Shown here: positions 28,122 through 37,323 of the stretch, piece after piece | Position numbering within the stretch: position 1 is the stretch's first letter | Layout of the letters: the number at the start of each line of letters is the position of its first letter | DNA from: a bacterium | GTDB lineage: Bacteria; Bacillota_I; Bacilli_A; Izemoplasmatales; UBA1188 | Length of the DNA stretch: 64,000 bases | NCBI GenBank assembly: GCA_017541975.1 | Contig: JAFXYB010000005.1 | Location: 534 to 64,533, forward strand | Direction: 5' to 3' | Notes under the pieces: generated by a model | Database searches by the model: none | Told to the model about the DNA's origin: nothing | What the model saw: only the letters and a program-made list of their open reading frames with translations | Program-made: the position numbers and the translations under genes

Positions 28122-28637
28122 ATGCCAAAAATAGTTTTTGAAAAAATATCAAAAGATAAACAATTCAAATTATTAAAGCCTGCAGTAAAAGAATTCGTTT
28201 CTAAACCATATAATAAAATTACAGTATCAAGTCTAACAGATAGAATGAGGATATTAAGAACCGATTTCTACTACTACTTCAGTGATAAAGATGATATCTA
28301 TGATGCACTACTTGATATCTTCTATCAAACATCAACTGAAGGTAAGGAAGGCTTGAGTTTTCATGATGCATTAAAAGCTTTCTTTGAAAAGATAATTGAA
28401 ATTGATGGATCAAGAATGAGACAATACATCATCGACATTACTGAAAGCTACCATCCACAATTCGCCTTTGAACTTGCGAAGAAGATTAAAAAGATGTTTA
28501 AGTGCTCATGTGATGGCGATAAACCTCAGGTTAAGATAATGACTAAGATATATCGTTTCATGACAATTGTGAATTTATACGAAAAAGGAAGTTTATCTGT
28601 GCAAAGCGCAAGAGAACTTCTAGATAGTAAAGAATAA
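28122..28637 (+). CDS. TetR/AcrR-family transcriptional regulator
   Basis: The N-terminal HTH (ITVSSLTDRMRILRTDFYYYFSDKDDIY) is typical of TetR. I prefer ATG 28122 (GGAG SD, downstream of the mapped promoter) over the track start at 28074. Confidence 0.8.
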   Translation: MPKIVFEKISKDKQFKLLKPAVKEFVSKPYNKITVSSLTDRMRILRTDFYYYFSDKDDIYDALLDIFYQTSTEGKEGLSFHDALKAFFEKIIEIDGSRMRQYIIDITESYHPQFAFELAKKIKKMFKCSCDGDKPQVKIMTKIYRFMTIVNLYEKGSLSVQSARELLDSKE

Positions 28638-28663
28638 GGTTTTGCCTTATTCTTTTATTTTTT
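28633..28663 (+). terminator. Intrinsic terminator after the TetR gene
   Basis: AATAAGG-TTTTG-CCTTATT followed by CTTTTATTTTTT. A second hairpin, TCTCTC-N8-GAGAGA plus TTTTTC, follows at about 28666..28693. Confidence 0.65.
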
Positions 28664-28759
28664 ATGAGTCTCTCTTATTATTAGAGAGATTTTTCTTATT
28701 ATTCTCATTGACTATTCTAATCGTGATTTATAATTGAAAGAGTAAAAAGAGGCGCTCTT

Positions 28760-29584
28760 ATGTATTATAGACACGAATTAGATATCAAATATCCAGAAAA
28801 ATCAGATGAACATATGATCACAGTTAAGCATCTAAGAGATGTTAATTTTGATGAAAACTATCCATTTAGGGATAGGACATTTTGGTATAAGGTAAAACGA
28901 GGATTATATTTTCTTTTACTTAATACGATTGTTTTCCCAGTCGCTAGGATCAAACATGGTTTAAGGATTTATGGAAGAAAGAATCTAAGAAAGAATAAAG
29001 AGTTATTAAAAGATGGCGCAATCACCATCTCTAATCACGTAATGATGTGGGATTTTCTATGCATATTAAGAGCAATCAGACCGCATCTTGTGTTCTTCCC
29101 TGCCTGGGCTACAAATTTTGAAGGCCCTAATGCAGGATGCATTAGAATTAGCGGTGGCATCCCGGTTCCAGATAAACATATAAGAGCGAAATTAAAATTT
29201 AAAGAAGCGATGGAAAGTGTATTAAAAGAAGGAAAATGGTTACACGTATTTCCTGAAGGGTCTATGTGGTGGTATTATCCAGATATTAGACCATTTAAAT
29301 CCACTACCTTTAAACTCGCGGTTAAATACAATAAGCCAATAATACCTATATCTATTTCATTTAGGCCACCTAAGGGAATCTATAAATTATTTGGCAAAAA
29401 ACCACAGGCAGATCTTCATATCGGAGAACCACTTCTTCCTGATCTAAGCCTTTCAAAGGGTGATGCAGCTTTAAAACTACAACTGGATGCTTCACGAATT
29501 ATGCAAGAGATGAATGGTATCAAGGAAGGAGATCCTACCTTCTCATTAAATCAAAATATTGATGAATATGTAAAGACAATGTAA
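28760..29584 (+). CDS. Lysophospholipid/1-acyl-sn-glycerol-3-phosphate acyltransferase family protein
   Basis: Has the HX4D motif (NHVMMWD) and FPEGS, the PlsC-family blocks. Confidence 0.75.
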   Translation: MYYRHELDIKYPEKSDEHMITVKHLRDVNFDENYPFRDRTFWYKVKRGLYFLLLNTIVFPVARIKHGLRIYGRKNLRKNKELLKDGAITISNHVMMWDFLCILRAIRPHLVFFPAWATNFEGPNAGCIRISGGIPVPDKHIRAKLKFKEAMESVLKEGKWLHVFPEGSMWWYYPDIRPFKSTTFKLAVKYNKPIIPISISFRPPKGIYKLFGKKPQADLHIGEPLLPDLSLSKGDAALKLQLDASRIMQEMNGIKEGDPTFSLNQNIDEYVKTM

Positions 29585-29617
29585 AAAAAAGAATCGATGG
29601 ATTCCTTTTTTTACTTG

Positions 29618-31561
29618 TTATTTCTGCCAGTTCTTTGTCTTATCGTCTACCTTATGTAGTTTGTAAGATGGATCTGGTTTATCAACGTGATTGATGGTGC
29701 AACTATCCTTAACGTTTCCACTTACTGCCTCAAGATTATTTACAGCTTCCATAGGTAGTGTGAAATTGAAGACTTTATCAGCTTTCTTTGTCTCAATTAG
29801 AGTACCATTATTGTATAATGATACTTCTTCTTGGTTTGAATATACTTTAACATTAAGTTTAGTACCAGTTCTATTTTCAAATCTCTTGCCGGTGATATGA
29901 ACCATTGGTTCTTTTGTCCAATAGGCTTTATAAAGATAGAATGAATCTTTCTTGGTCTTTCTATCATAGGTGACAAGGCCTTTATGGTTCATGCCTGGTT
30001 CACCACCCTGGTTTCTAGCATCTGCGGCAAAGTCATACATATTCCAAACATGGGTAGCCCATAGATATTTAGCCTTTTCATAGAACTTTAACATATATTC
30101 ATGGTATTTAATTTGATATTCTTCGGTGTTGTCACCACGTCTTGGATGAAGACTATGGAGATTTGGCATACCTTCTGCACCATATTCACTCATACCTATT
30201 ACGCGTTTTGGATAGAGGAGTTTAAAGAACCAGAACCAAACGTTATTTAGGAAGAATCCAGGAACGTACCAGCCAAGATATAGATTCCATGATACGACAT
30301 CGGTGATATGTGCGCTCTTGTTAAATGGTGCACATACAGAATAACATGCGAGGGTTGTGAGTCTTGTCGGATCGAGTTCATGACAAAGATCATTTAATTT
30401 CTTATGGTTTTCAAGCATATCTTTGATATCGTTATGGAACATAGTGATTTCATTAGATATTCCCCAGAAACAGATAGATGGGTGGTTATATTCTTGAACG
30501 ATGAGCTCTGTCATCTGACTAACGGTATTATCGTTTGCGTTTACCATATGTCTTGAGATATATGGTATTTCAGCCCATACAACGAAACCATATTTATCAC
30601 ATAGATCATAGAAATAGTCATCGTGTTGATAGTGTGCGAGTCTTATTGTGTTTGCGCCTATTTCTTTTATTATTTCAATATCTTCTTCGTGCTCAGCTTT
30701 GGTGATAGCATTACCCATATTTTTACGGTCTTGGTGACGACATACACCATGGAGTGGATATTTTCTTCCGTTTAAGAAGAAACCTTCTTTTGGATCGACA
30801 GAGAATGATCTAAAGCCGAAATAGTCAGATACTTCATCGATTACATCGCCATCTTTTATAAGTTTAGCTACAGTCCTATATAGATATGGATCATCTACTG
30901 AATCCCAAAGATGAATATTCTCTACTATTTTAGGGATACCATTTTCCAATGCAGTTACAATATTATTATCTCTATCGTAGATAGTGATATCAACTTTTAA
31001 TGATTCTTCACCTTTAGTAAAGCATTTAACAGTGAGTTCACCATTATTATCTATTACTTTTGGAGTAATCATTATACCTTCGCCACCAAAATATTCAAGG
31101 TCGAAATGGTCTTTTGCAACATAGATGACATTCACATCTCTATAGATACCACCATAGAAGGTAAAATCGGCTTTTTGAGGATATACTTTGTCAGTATATC
31201 TATTGTCAGCCGCAACATCTAATACATTTACTGATTCGATAAAATCAGTAATATCAAATCTAAATGTTGAATAACCACCATCGTGTCTGCCTACATACTT
31301 TTTATTTAGATATACCTCGCATGATGAATTGACACCCTTAAATTCTAGGAATACCTTTCCATCTTCATTTGGATTATCGAATGATATTTCTTTTCTATAC
31401 CAACATCTTCCACGGTAATAGTCATCACCACCATCTGATCCGTCAATCGCATTCCAGGTATGTGGAACATTTACATTTTCAAAATTGATATCATCTCTTT
31501 TGATATCGATATCTTCTTTAATAAACTTCCAGTCTTTATTTATGTTTACTATTTTTCTCAT
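29618..31561 (-). CDS. Glycoside hydrolase family 2 (beta-galactosidase/beta-glucuronidase-like), no signal peptide
   Basis: VPHTWN and CWYRK in the sugar-binding domain, NTIRLAHY, WGISNE (acid/base Glu) and MSEYGAEG (nucleophile Glu). Confidence 0.85.
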   Translation of the reverse strand: MRKIVNINKDWKFIKEDIDIKRDDINFENVNVPHTWNAIDGSDGGDDYYRGRCWYRKEISFDNPNEDGKVFLEFKGVNSSCEVYLNKKYVGRHDGGYSTFRFDITDFIESVNVLDVAADNRYTDKVYPQKADFTFYGGIYRDVNVIYVAKDHFDLEYFGGEGIMITPKVIDNNGELTVKCFTKGEESLKVDITIYDRDNNIVTALENGIPKIVENIHLWDSVDDPYLYRTVAKLIKDGDVIDEVSDYFGFRSFSVDPKEGFFLNGRKYPLHGVCRHQDRKNMGNAITKAEHEEDIEIIKEIGANTIRLAHYQHDDYFYDLCDKYGFVVWAEIPYISRHMVNANDNTVSQMTELIVQEYNHPSICFWGISNEITMFHNDIKDMLENHKKLNDLCHELDPTRLTTLACYSVCAPFNKSAHITDVVSWNLYLGWYVPGFFLNNVWFWFFKLLYPKRVIGMSEYGAEGMPNLHSLHPRRGDNTEEYQIKYHEYMLKFYEKAKYLWATHVWNMYDFAADARNQGGEPGMNHKGLVTYDRKTKKDSFYLYKAYWTKEPMVHITGKRFENRTGTKLNVKVYSNQEEVSLYNNGTLIETKKADKVFNFTLPMEAVNNLEAVSGNVKDSCTINHVDKPDPSYKLHKVDDKTKNWQK

Positions 31562-31687
31562 AATACCTCACATTTTTAGCGCAAAGAATATTTCTACTTT
31601 AATTATATAATATTTTTTCAATCATTAAAATGAGTAATTTATATTAAGCACTTATTGCAATATTATTACATATTATTAAAAAGACAA

Positions 31688-32587
31688 TTATTCAAAGAAT
31701 AATTGCCCTTGAATAATATCGTTTTCATTAAAATATTTAGAGATTGCATTTATTACTCTTTTTTTATCCATACTATAGAGTGGTGCAACTAAAAGTCTCT
31801 TTGGAGGGTCTCCAGTAAGCCTATGAACGACGATTTTTGGGTTTAGGTGAAGGATAGCTTTAGATAATAATCTTAGATATTCATCCATAGAAAGAGGTAC
31901 GTATTTACCTTCATTATACATTTTTTCTAATTCAGTATCTTTTAGAACATATAAAAGATGTAGCTTAACACCATCAGTTTTATCATTGATGAAATTGATA
32001 GAATCTAACAAGTTAGATTCAGTCTCACCTGGAAGACCGATGATAAGATGAGTGATGACGTTTATGCCTTCATCTCTCAATCTTTTTGAGATTTCTGTGT
32101 AAGTTTTGGTGAGGTAACCTCTTCTTAATACTCTAGCAGTATCATCACTTGCCGATTGAAGACCGAGTTCAACGAATACCTTCTTTTTGGCGTTTAACTC
32201 TTTTAGTAAACTTATGCATTCTTCACTTATACAATCGGGTCTTGTGGCAATCGAGATGGCTACTACTCTATCATCTTCTATTGTCTCAAAAAAGAGTTTT
32301 CTAAGGTAGTCTATACTTTGGTAGGTGTTGGTGTAGCTTTGATAGTAAGCGATATATTTAGTGGCTTTCTTCGCTTTAACGAGTTTTATTGCATCATCTA
32401 TCTGAGATTTGATGTCGGTTGATTTCTTGATAGAGAACTCACCAGAACCACCGCTACTGCAAAAAATACAACCGCCATTGCCATTCTTATCTCTTGTCGG
32501 ACAGGACATGTTGCCATCTAAAGATATCTTATATGTCTTTTCTTTAAAGATACTCTTAAAGTATTCGTTTGCTGAATAATATCTCAT
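31688..32587 (-). CDS. TIGR01212-family radical SAM protein
   Basis: CPTRDKNGNGGCIFCS cluster motif plus GLQS and GLPGET. I prefer ATG 32587 (MRYYSANEY...) because the upstream 20 codons span the neighbour's terminator hairpin. TGTTATAAT (32602..32594) lies 6 nt upstream. Confidence 0.8.
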   Translation of the reverse strand: MRYYSANEYFKSIFKEKTYKISLDGNMSCPTRDKNGNGGCIFCSSGGSGEFSIKKSTDIKSQIDDAIKLVKAKKATKYIAYYQSYTNTYQSIDYLRKLFFETIEDDRVVAISIATRPDCISEECISLLKELNAKKKVFVELGLQSASDDTARVLRRGYLTKTYTEISKRLRDEGINVITHLIIGLPGETESNLLDSINFINDKTDGVKLHLLYVLKDTELEKMYNEGKYVPLSMDEYLRLLSKAILHLNPKIVVHRLTGDPPKRLLVAPLYSMDKKRVINAISKYFNENDIIQGQLFFE

Positions 32588-32605
32588 ATATTTATTATAA
32601 CATAA

Positions 32606-32637
32606 TAAAAAGAAAACCACAGGGGGGGTGTGGTTTT
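32606..32637 (-). terminator. Intrinsic terminator after the 986-aa GH3 gene
   Basis: Minus-strand RNA forms AAAACCACA-CCCCCCC-UGUGGUUUU (9-bp stem) followed by CUUUUUAUUAU. Confidence 0.8.
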
Positions 32638-32659
32638 CTAAAGACAATACATTACAAAA

Positions 32660-35620
32660 TTATATTACCTTTTTTGATTTAATAATTACTATTGTTCCCC
32701 AAGCGGCAAGTCCAACGAATAAGACTGCATCAACAATATACATTGTGATAATCCACTTAGGTGTTGTGTAACCTACGATTTCACCTTTGAATGCATTTGA
32801 ATTTGCGATTGCATAGGCGATATTCTTACCAGCATTTAAGAGAACTGTCATATCGGCAACACTAGTAAGGTCAGCATTAAATGTACCGCCACCAGATGTT
32901 TGGAGGTTTAAATCGCCTCCAGCATAAGCCATCTGTTTACCATTCATATATTTAGGAACAGTGTTGAAGTCACAAATGATGCTTCCTCTAAAGCCCCATT
33001 CTTCTCTTAAGATTTCTGTACAGAGACGATAGTCACCACCAGTCCAAACAGCACCAACTCTGTTGAATGATGTCATAAGACCTCTACATTCGCCTTCTTT
33101 AACAGCGATTTCAAATGGCTTTAGATACAATTCACGAAGAGACTGTTCTGTAAGCCAGCTACAGTCACCAGATACTGATCTATGTGTTTCTTGTTCATTA
33201 GCAACGAAGTGCTTGAGAACTGGAATAACGCCTTTAGATTGTAAACCTCTTACTTCAGCAGCAGCAATCTTACCTGTTAAGAATGGATCTTCGCTCATAT
33301 ATTCAGAACATCTACCACCGAATTGGCTTCTATGGATGTTTACACCAGGAGCATACAGTGATGAATATGGTTGACTTGATAGATCATAACCCCAGAGTCC
33401 TTCTTCACCCATTGCTTCACCGAGTTTTTCGATTAGTTCAATATTCCAAGTTGAAGAGAATACTGGTTCACTTGCGTATTGTGTTGTACCACAAATTCTT
33501 TCTTTATTTAAGAAGCAGGTCCAACCAGAAGGTCCATCTGCTTGAAGAGTTGCAGGAAGTCCTACTTCTTGCATAGCTCTTGTTTGATAAGCTGCTTGGT
33601 TATAAGTTGTTACAAGTTCAGTAGTGATGATTGATTTAACGATATCATCCCATCTTGGATCATCATAATCAACAATTGCCTTATATGTCTTTTCAGGAGT
33701 TGTTTTAGGGAGTAGGTCTTTAACTTGAACAGTTGGGGTTTGGTCGTGGTCAGGCATTTGAACTTTTGACCAATCTGTAGGGTTGTTTGGCTCAATGTTT
33801 GTGAGTTCATCCCATACCATTGGGTCTAAGTTTCTATCATCATCTGTGATAGCTGTTGGCCATGTGCCTTCCCAGTCGCTTCTTCTAAGGATAGTATCTA
33901 ATCCTTGATCTGAGTCATTTAAGAATGATACATCAGTGATAACACCATCAGTTGTGAATCTATTACCAACTGGATTACCTGTTACAGGGTCGTTCTCATA
34001 GAAGATATTATCGTCTAATTCTAATTGGTAATTAGCTTGTTCATGGTGAGCATCTTTACCGATATAGAATGTATATGTACCTTGATCTAACTCATATCCA
34101 TAAAAATCATTTAAGTTTTCATCTTTATAGTCATATGATGCAAAACTATATGGATCTACTTCAATAGTAAGAGTTTCTGATGCACCAGGATTTAAGAGTT
34201 TTGTTTTAGCGAAACCTACAAGAACTTTATGAGCTTTTTCGATTTCATCTTCATAATATGGTGCACTTGCATAGATTTGTACAACATCTTTACCAGCTAC
34301 ACTTCCTGTGTTCTTTACTGTAACTTCAAAGGTAATCTTAGAGTCAATAGCGATTGAACCAGTTGGAGCTTTTGTAGTCCATTCAAATGTTGTATAAGAT
34401 AGACCATATCCGAATGGATAGATAACGTTTTCGTTATACCATGCTTCACCATCGGTATAGCCTCTTGTTTCATAATAACGATATCCTACATAGATACCTT
34501 CTTCGTAGTTTACAAAGTAATACATACCAGAATCAGTACGATATTGATCGAATGTCATACCTTTTTCTGGAGCTTGTTGAGTGATACTTGTACCAAAGTT
34601 TACAGATGATGGAGCAGCAAGTAAATCAGTTGCCCAAGTATCTACAGTCCTTCCTGAAGGGTTAACTTCACCTGTTAGGATAGGACCGAGAGCTTTAATA
34701 CCTTGTTTACCAGTATAACCAATCCATACGCAAGCATCAATCTTATCTGCGAACGGATATCTTTCTGTATCATATGGGAAATTAACTTCCATAGATGATG
34801 CGATATTGAGGATAACAATAACTTTATCGAAGTTAGCAGTAACTTCGTTAAACATATCGATTTCATTCTTATCAAGTTCAAGATAATGGTCATCTGGAGA
34901 ATTGGCACCAGGAGTTGATCCTTGATGTCTTGGAAGGTCAGCACCTTCACCACCAAGTCTTGTGATAACTACGAATGCTGCATCACTATATTCTGAATAT
35001 GATGCCTTAATATCATTTGTATAATTTGCAATTGGTGTTTCGCCAACAGAGAATTGTTTATCGTCACCCGAATCTAAATCTGTATTAGCATTACTTCTTG
35101 CCTCACCAGATTTCTTATCGTCTTTGTAGAAAGCTTCAAGTGTTGGATTTAAAGTGAAATAATCTTTTAATCCACCATAAATATCTATATAATCGAGGTC
35201 AATTCCCATACCAGCCATTCTACGATATAGTGATGAATCTGGGTCAACGACGAATGCACCAGAACCACCACCAGCGAAAGCCATCGCAACACTATTTTTA
35301 CCAAAGATACTTACCTTTTGGTTCTTTTGAATTGGAAGAGTGTTATTATCGTTTTTTAGTAAGACAAAGCCTTCTTCACATACTTCAATATTTGTTGCAT
35401 TTGCATTGTTATATGCATCTGTCTTGCTTGTGGTTTCTGGAACATACATTGGAGGGATTGAATCCTCTCCTTCTGCATATATTGGTTTACCAGAGTCAAG
35501 CACTAAGCTTAAAAATTCTCTTAAATTTGTTGCTTGAGTTACAACATTAATAACAATTCCCAATACAACTATTATTACAGTTGTAATAAACCAAGTTTTA
35601 AATGGTTTATGTTTAAACAT
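32660..35620 (-). CDS. GH3 beta-glucosidase/exo-glycosidase with permuted domain order and TM helices at both termini
   Basis: An N-terminal TM helix (WFITTVIIVVLGIVINVV) is followed by the GH3 C-domain (VLLKNDNNTLPI...GGGSG...GEVNPSGRT). Next come PFGYGLSYTTFEW and the Fn3-like domain (VTVKNTGSVAGKDVVQIY). The GH3 N-domain follows (GGRCSEYMSEDP, KHFVANEQE, GFRGSIICDF), then a C-terminal TM helix. Confidence 0.85.
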   Translation of the reverse strand: MFKHKPFKTWFITTVIIVVLGIVINVVTQATNLREFLSLVLDSGKPIYAEGEDSIPPMYVPETTSKTDAYNNANATNIEVCEEGFVLLKNDNNTLPIQKNQKVSIFGKNSVAMAFAGGGSGAFVVDPDSSLYRRMAGMGIDLDYIDIYGGLKDYFTLNPTLEAFYKDDKKSGEARSNANTDLDSGDDKQFSVGETPIANYTNDIKASYSEYSDAAFVVITRLGGEGADLPRHQGSTPGANSPDDHYLELDKNEIDMFNEVTANFDKVIVILNIASSMEVNFPYDTERYPFADKIDACVWIGYTGKQGIKALGPILTGEVNPSGRTVDTWATDLLAAPSSVNFGTSITQQAPEKGMTFDQYRTDSGMYYFVNYEEGIYVGYRYYETRGYTDGEAWYNENVIYPFGYGLSYTTFEWTTKAPTGSIAIDSKITFEVTVKNTGSVAGKDVVQIYASAPYYEDEIEKAHKVLVGFAKTKLLNPGASETLTIEVDPYSFASYDYKDENLNDFYGYELDQGTYTFYIGKDAHHEQANYQLELDDNIFYENDPVTGNPVGNRFTTDGVITDVSFLNDSDQGLDTILRRSDWEGTWPTAITDDDRNLDPMVWDELTNIEPNNPTDWSKVQMPDHDQTPTVQVKDLLPKTTPEKTYKAIVDYDDPRWDDIVKSIITTELVTTYNQAAYQTRAMQEVGLPATLQADGPSGWTCFLNKERICGTTQYASEPVFSSTWNIELIEKLGEAMGEEGLWGYDLSSQPYSSLYAPGVNIHRSQFGGRCSEYMSEDPFLTGKIAAAEVRGLQSKGVIPVLKHFVANEQETHRSVSGDCSWLTEQSLRELYLKPFEIAVKEGECRGLMTSFNRVGAVWTGGDYRLCTEILREEWGFRGSIICDFNTVPKYMNGKQMAYAGGDLNLQTSGGGTFNADLTSVADMTVLLNAGKNIAYAIANSNAFKGEIVGYTTPKWIITMYIVDAVLFVGLAAWGTIVIIKSKKVI

Positions 35621-35640
35621 ATGTTACCTCAAATTATTTT

Positions 35641-37161
35641 TTAATAATCAGCAGGATTACGTGGAGCATAATTAGTTGTAACAGGAAGTCCCATTACATG
35701 ATCCCATTGGAGAACTGCAGTTGTTTCAACTACGATTGCATCAACGATTGGTGCTGCAGCTTCAAGAGTTGAGCCTTCCATACCAACACTATTCTTTGTG
35801 ATTAATTGAACTAAGTTTTGGCCCTTCTTGAGTGTTAGATTAATTCCAAGGAGATAATTTTGGAATGGTAAGCAGTCGAGTTGAGCTGCTGGGTCGTCTA
35901 AATCATCTGGTGTTGGAACACCTGTGAATGATATTGGATCATAATCTAATGAGACACCATTTAATTCAATTCGATAATTAGATGGATCAAATGTATAGTC
36001 ACGAAGTTCAGCAGATAATCTTGCATAGATTGTTACATCGCTGATATCTTCATCACAAACAATGAAGAACTCTAGTGAATTTTCTTCTCTATATAGATAA
36101 CTTACAAAGTATCCATTTGAACAACCTCTATCTTTTGGAGCTGGAACAATCATACCTTCTTCTGAACATGTACCAGAGAAAGCAGGACCTACCTTCTTAG
36201 CAAGGCTTGTGTCTTCAGCTTCAAATGTATATGTTTGTTTACCAGATAAAGCTTTAATCCAAGTTGCAGTAAGAGATACTGCACCAGTTAGTGGAGCTGT
36301 AAAATCATAAGCAGTTCCATCATCTTTTACCCATTTATCGAAAGTATAGCCAAATCTTTCAGGATCAGTTGGTTTAGTTACAGTTTCACCTGATGCAACT
36401 TCGTAAGAATATGTTGCATAAAGATCACCATAATAACCTTTATTGAATGTTACAGCATAGTGTTCAACACCATCTTTTTTCCAAAGAGCGTATACAGTTG
36501 CATTTTCCTTAACAGGTGCTGTGAAGTCATATAAATACATATAATCTTTATTTGCATACCATTTAACGAATGTATATCCTTCTCTTATTGGAGTTGTTGG
36601 TTTAGCAACGTCACCTTGAACAACCCTTTCAGTTGTTGGAGTAGGAGCTCCATCATAGTTAAGGTTGTATGTTACAGTATACGATTTAGATCTATAATAG
36701 ATAGTTACTTTTGCTGATAATCTTCCATTTTTAACAGTAACAGCTTTTGTGCCTACTGCAAATGCTGGAACAGTGAAAGTAAAATCACTAGATGCCATAT
36801 CAACATAATCTACTGATTTATCTTTGTATGTAACTTTTACAACACCACCTGCAGGGTTAAAAGTATCACCTTCTAGATAATATTGGCATGTTGGGTTAGC
36901 AGCAATCTCAAGTTTTGATGCTTGTTTAGTTGAATCAATATTGGCTTTTACATCACCAATATCTTCACTTCCGCCACCAGTAGTTGTAATATCACCAGAT
37001 TTTGTTGTGGTATTACTTCCACTCTTTGTAGTAGTATCTGAATTAGATTTAGTAGTTGTAGTAATATTACTTGCAGTAGTTGTTGGGTTGTCTTTGTTTC
37101 CACAAGCAGCAAGTGCTACTATGCAAACTAAAGCGATGAATAATGTTAGTATTTTTTTCAT
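35641..37161 (-). CDS. Surface lipoprotein with Thr-rich linker, Ig-like domain, two Listeria-Bacteroides (Flg_new) repeats and a C-terminal CBM-like domain
   Basis: Lipobox LAAC-GN and a TTTKS(N/G)S repeat linker. The repeat motifs are EGYTFVKWY...VYALW and FGYTFDKWV...LTATW. The C-terminus (YTFEAEDT...) is CBM6/35-like. AGGAG is the SD. Confidence 0.7.
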   Translation of the reverse strand: MKKILTLFIALVCIVALAACGNKDNPTTTASNITTTTKSNSDTTTKSGSNTTTKSGDITTTGGGSEDIGDVKANIDSTKQASKLEIAANPTCQYYLEGDTFNPAGGVVKVTYKDKSVDYVDMASSDFTFTVPAFAVGTKAVTVKNGRLSAKVTIYYRSKSYTVTYNLNYDGAPTPTTERVVQGDVAKPTTPIREGYTFVKWYANKDYMYLYDFTAPVKENATVYALWKKDGVEHYAVTFNKGYYGDLYATYSYEVASGETVTKPTDPERFGYTFDKWVKDDGTAYDFTAPLTGAVSLTATWIKALSGKQTYTFEAEDTSLAKKVGPAFSGTCSEEGMIVPAPKDRGCSNGYFVSYLYREENSLEFFIVCDEDISDVTIYARLSAELRDYTFDPSNYRIELNGVSLDYDPISFTGVPTPDDLDDPAAQLDCLPFQNYLLGINLTLKKGQNLVQLITKNSVGMEGSTLEAAAPIVDAIVVETTAVLQWDHVMGLPVTTNYAPRNPADY

Positions 37162-37259
37162 TGTCAGTCTCCTTTTATATATTTTTTTATTAAAAACCCA
37201 TCTTAAAATACATTTTCATATATCGAAAAATCGATTTTTAATATCATTTTTTAGTTATT

Positions 37260-37285
37260 ATGGGACCCCAAAAAAGGGGCCCCAT
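37260..37285 (-). terminator. GC-rich hairpin after the 1391-aa GH3 gene (possible terminator, no clear U-tract)
   Basis: Minus-strand RNA forms AUGGGGCCCC-UUUUUU-GGGGUCCCAU (10 bp including one G-U). Confidence 0.45.
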
Positions 37286-37323
37286 AAAACATATAGTTTT
37301 AAAGTAAACTATCTATTAAGTTA

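Noticed and set aside
31725-31745. A cre-like sequence, TGAAAACGATATTA, near the 3' end of the radical SAM gene, considered as a CcpA site for the glycosidase cluster.
   Set aside because: It lies inside a coding region, mismatches the conserved C of the consensus right half (TGWAANCGNTNWCA), and is not positioned near any promoter.
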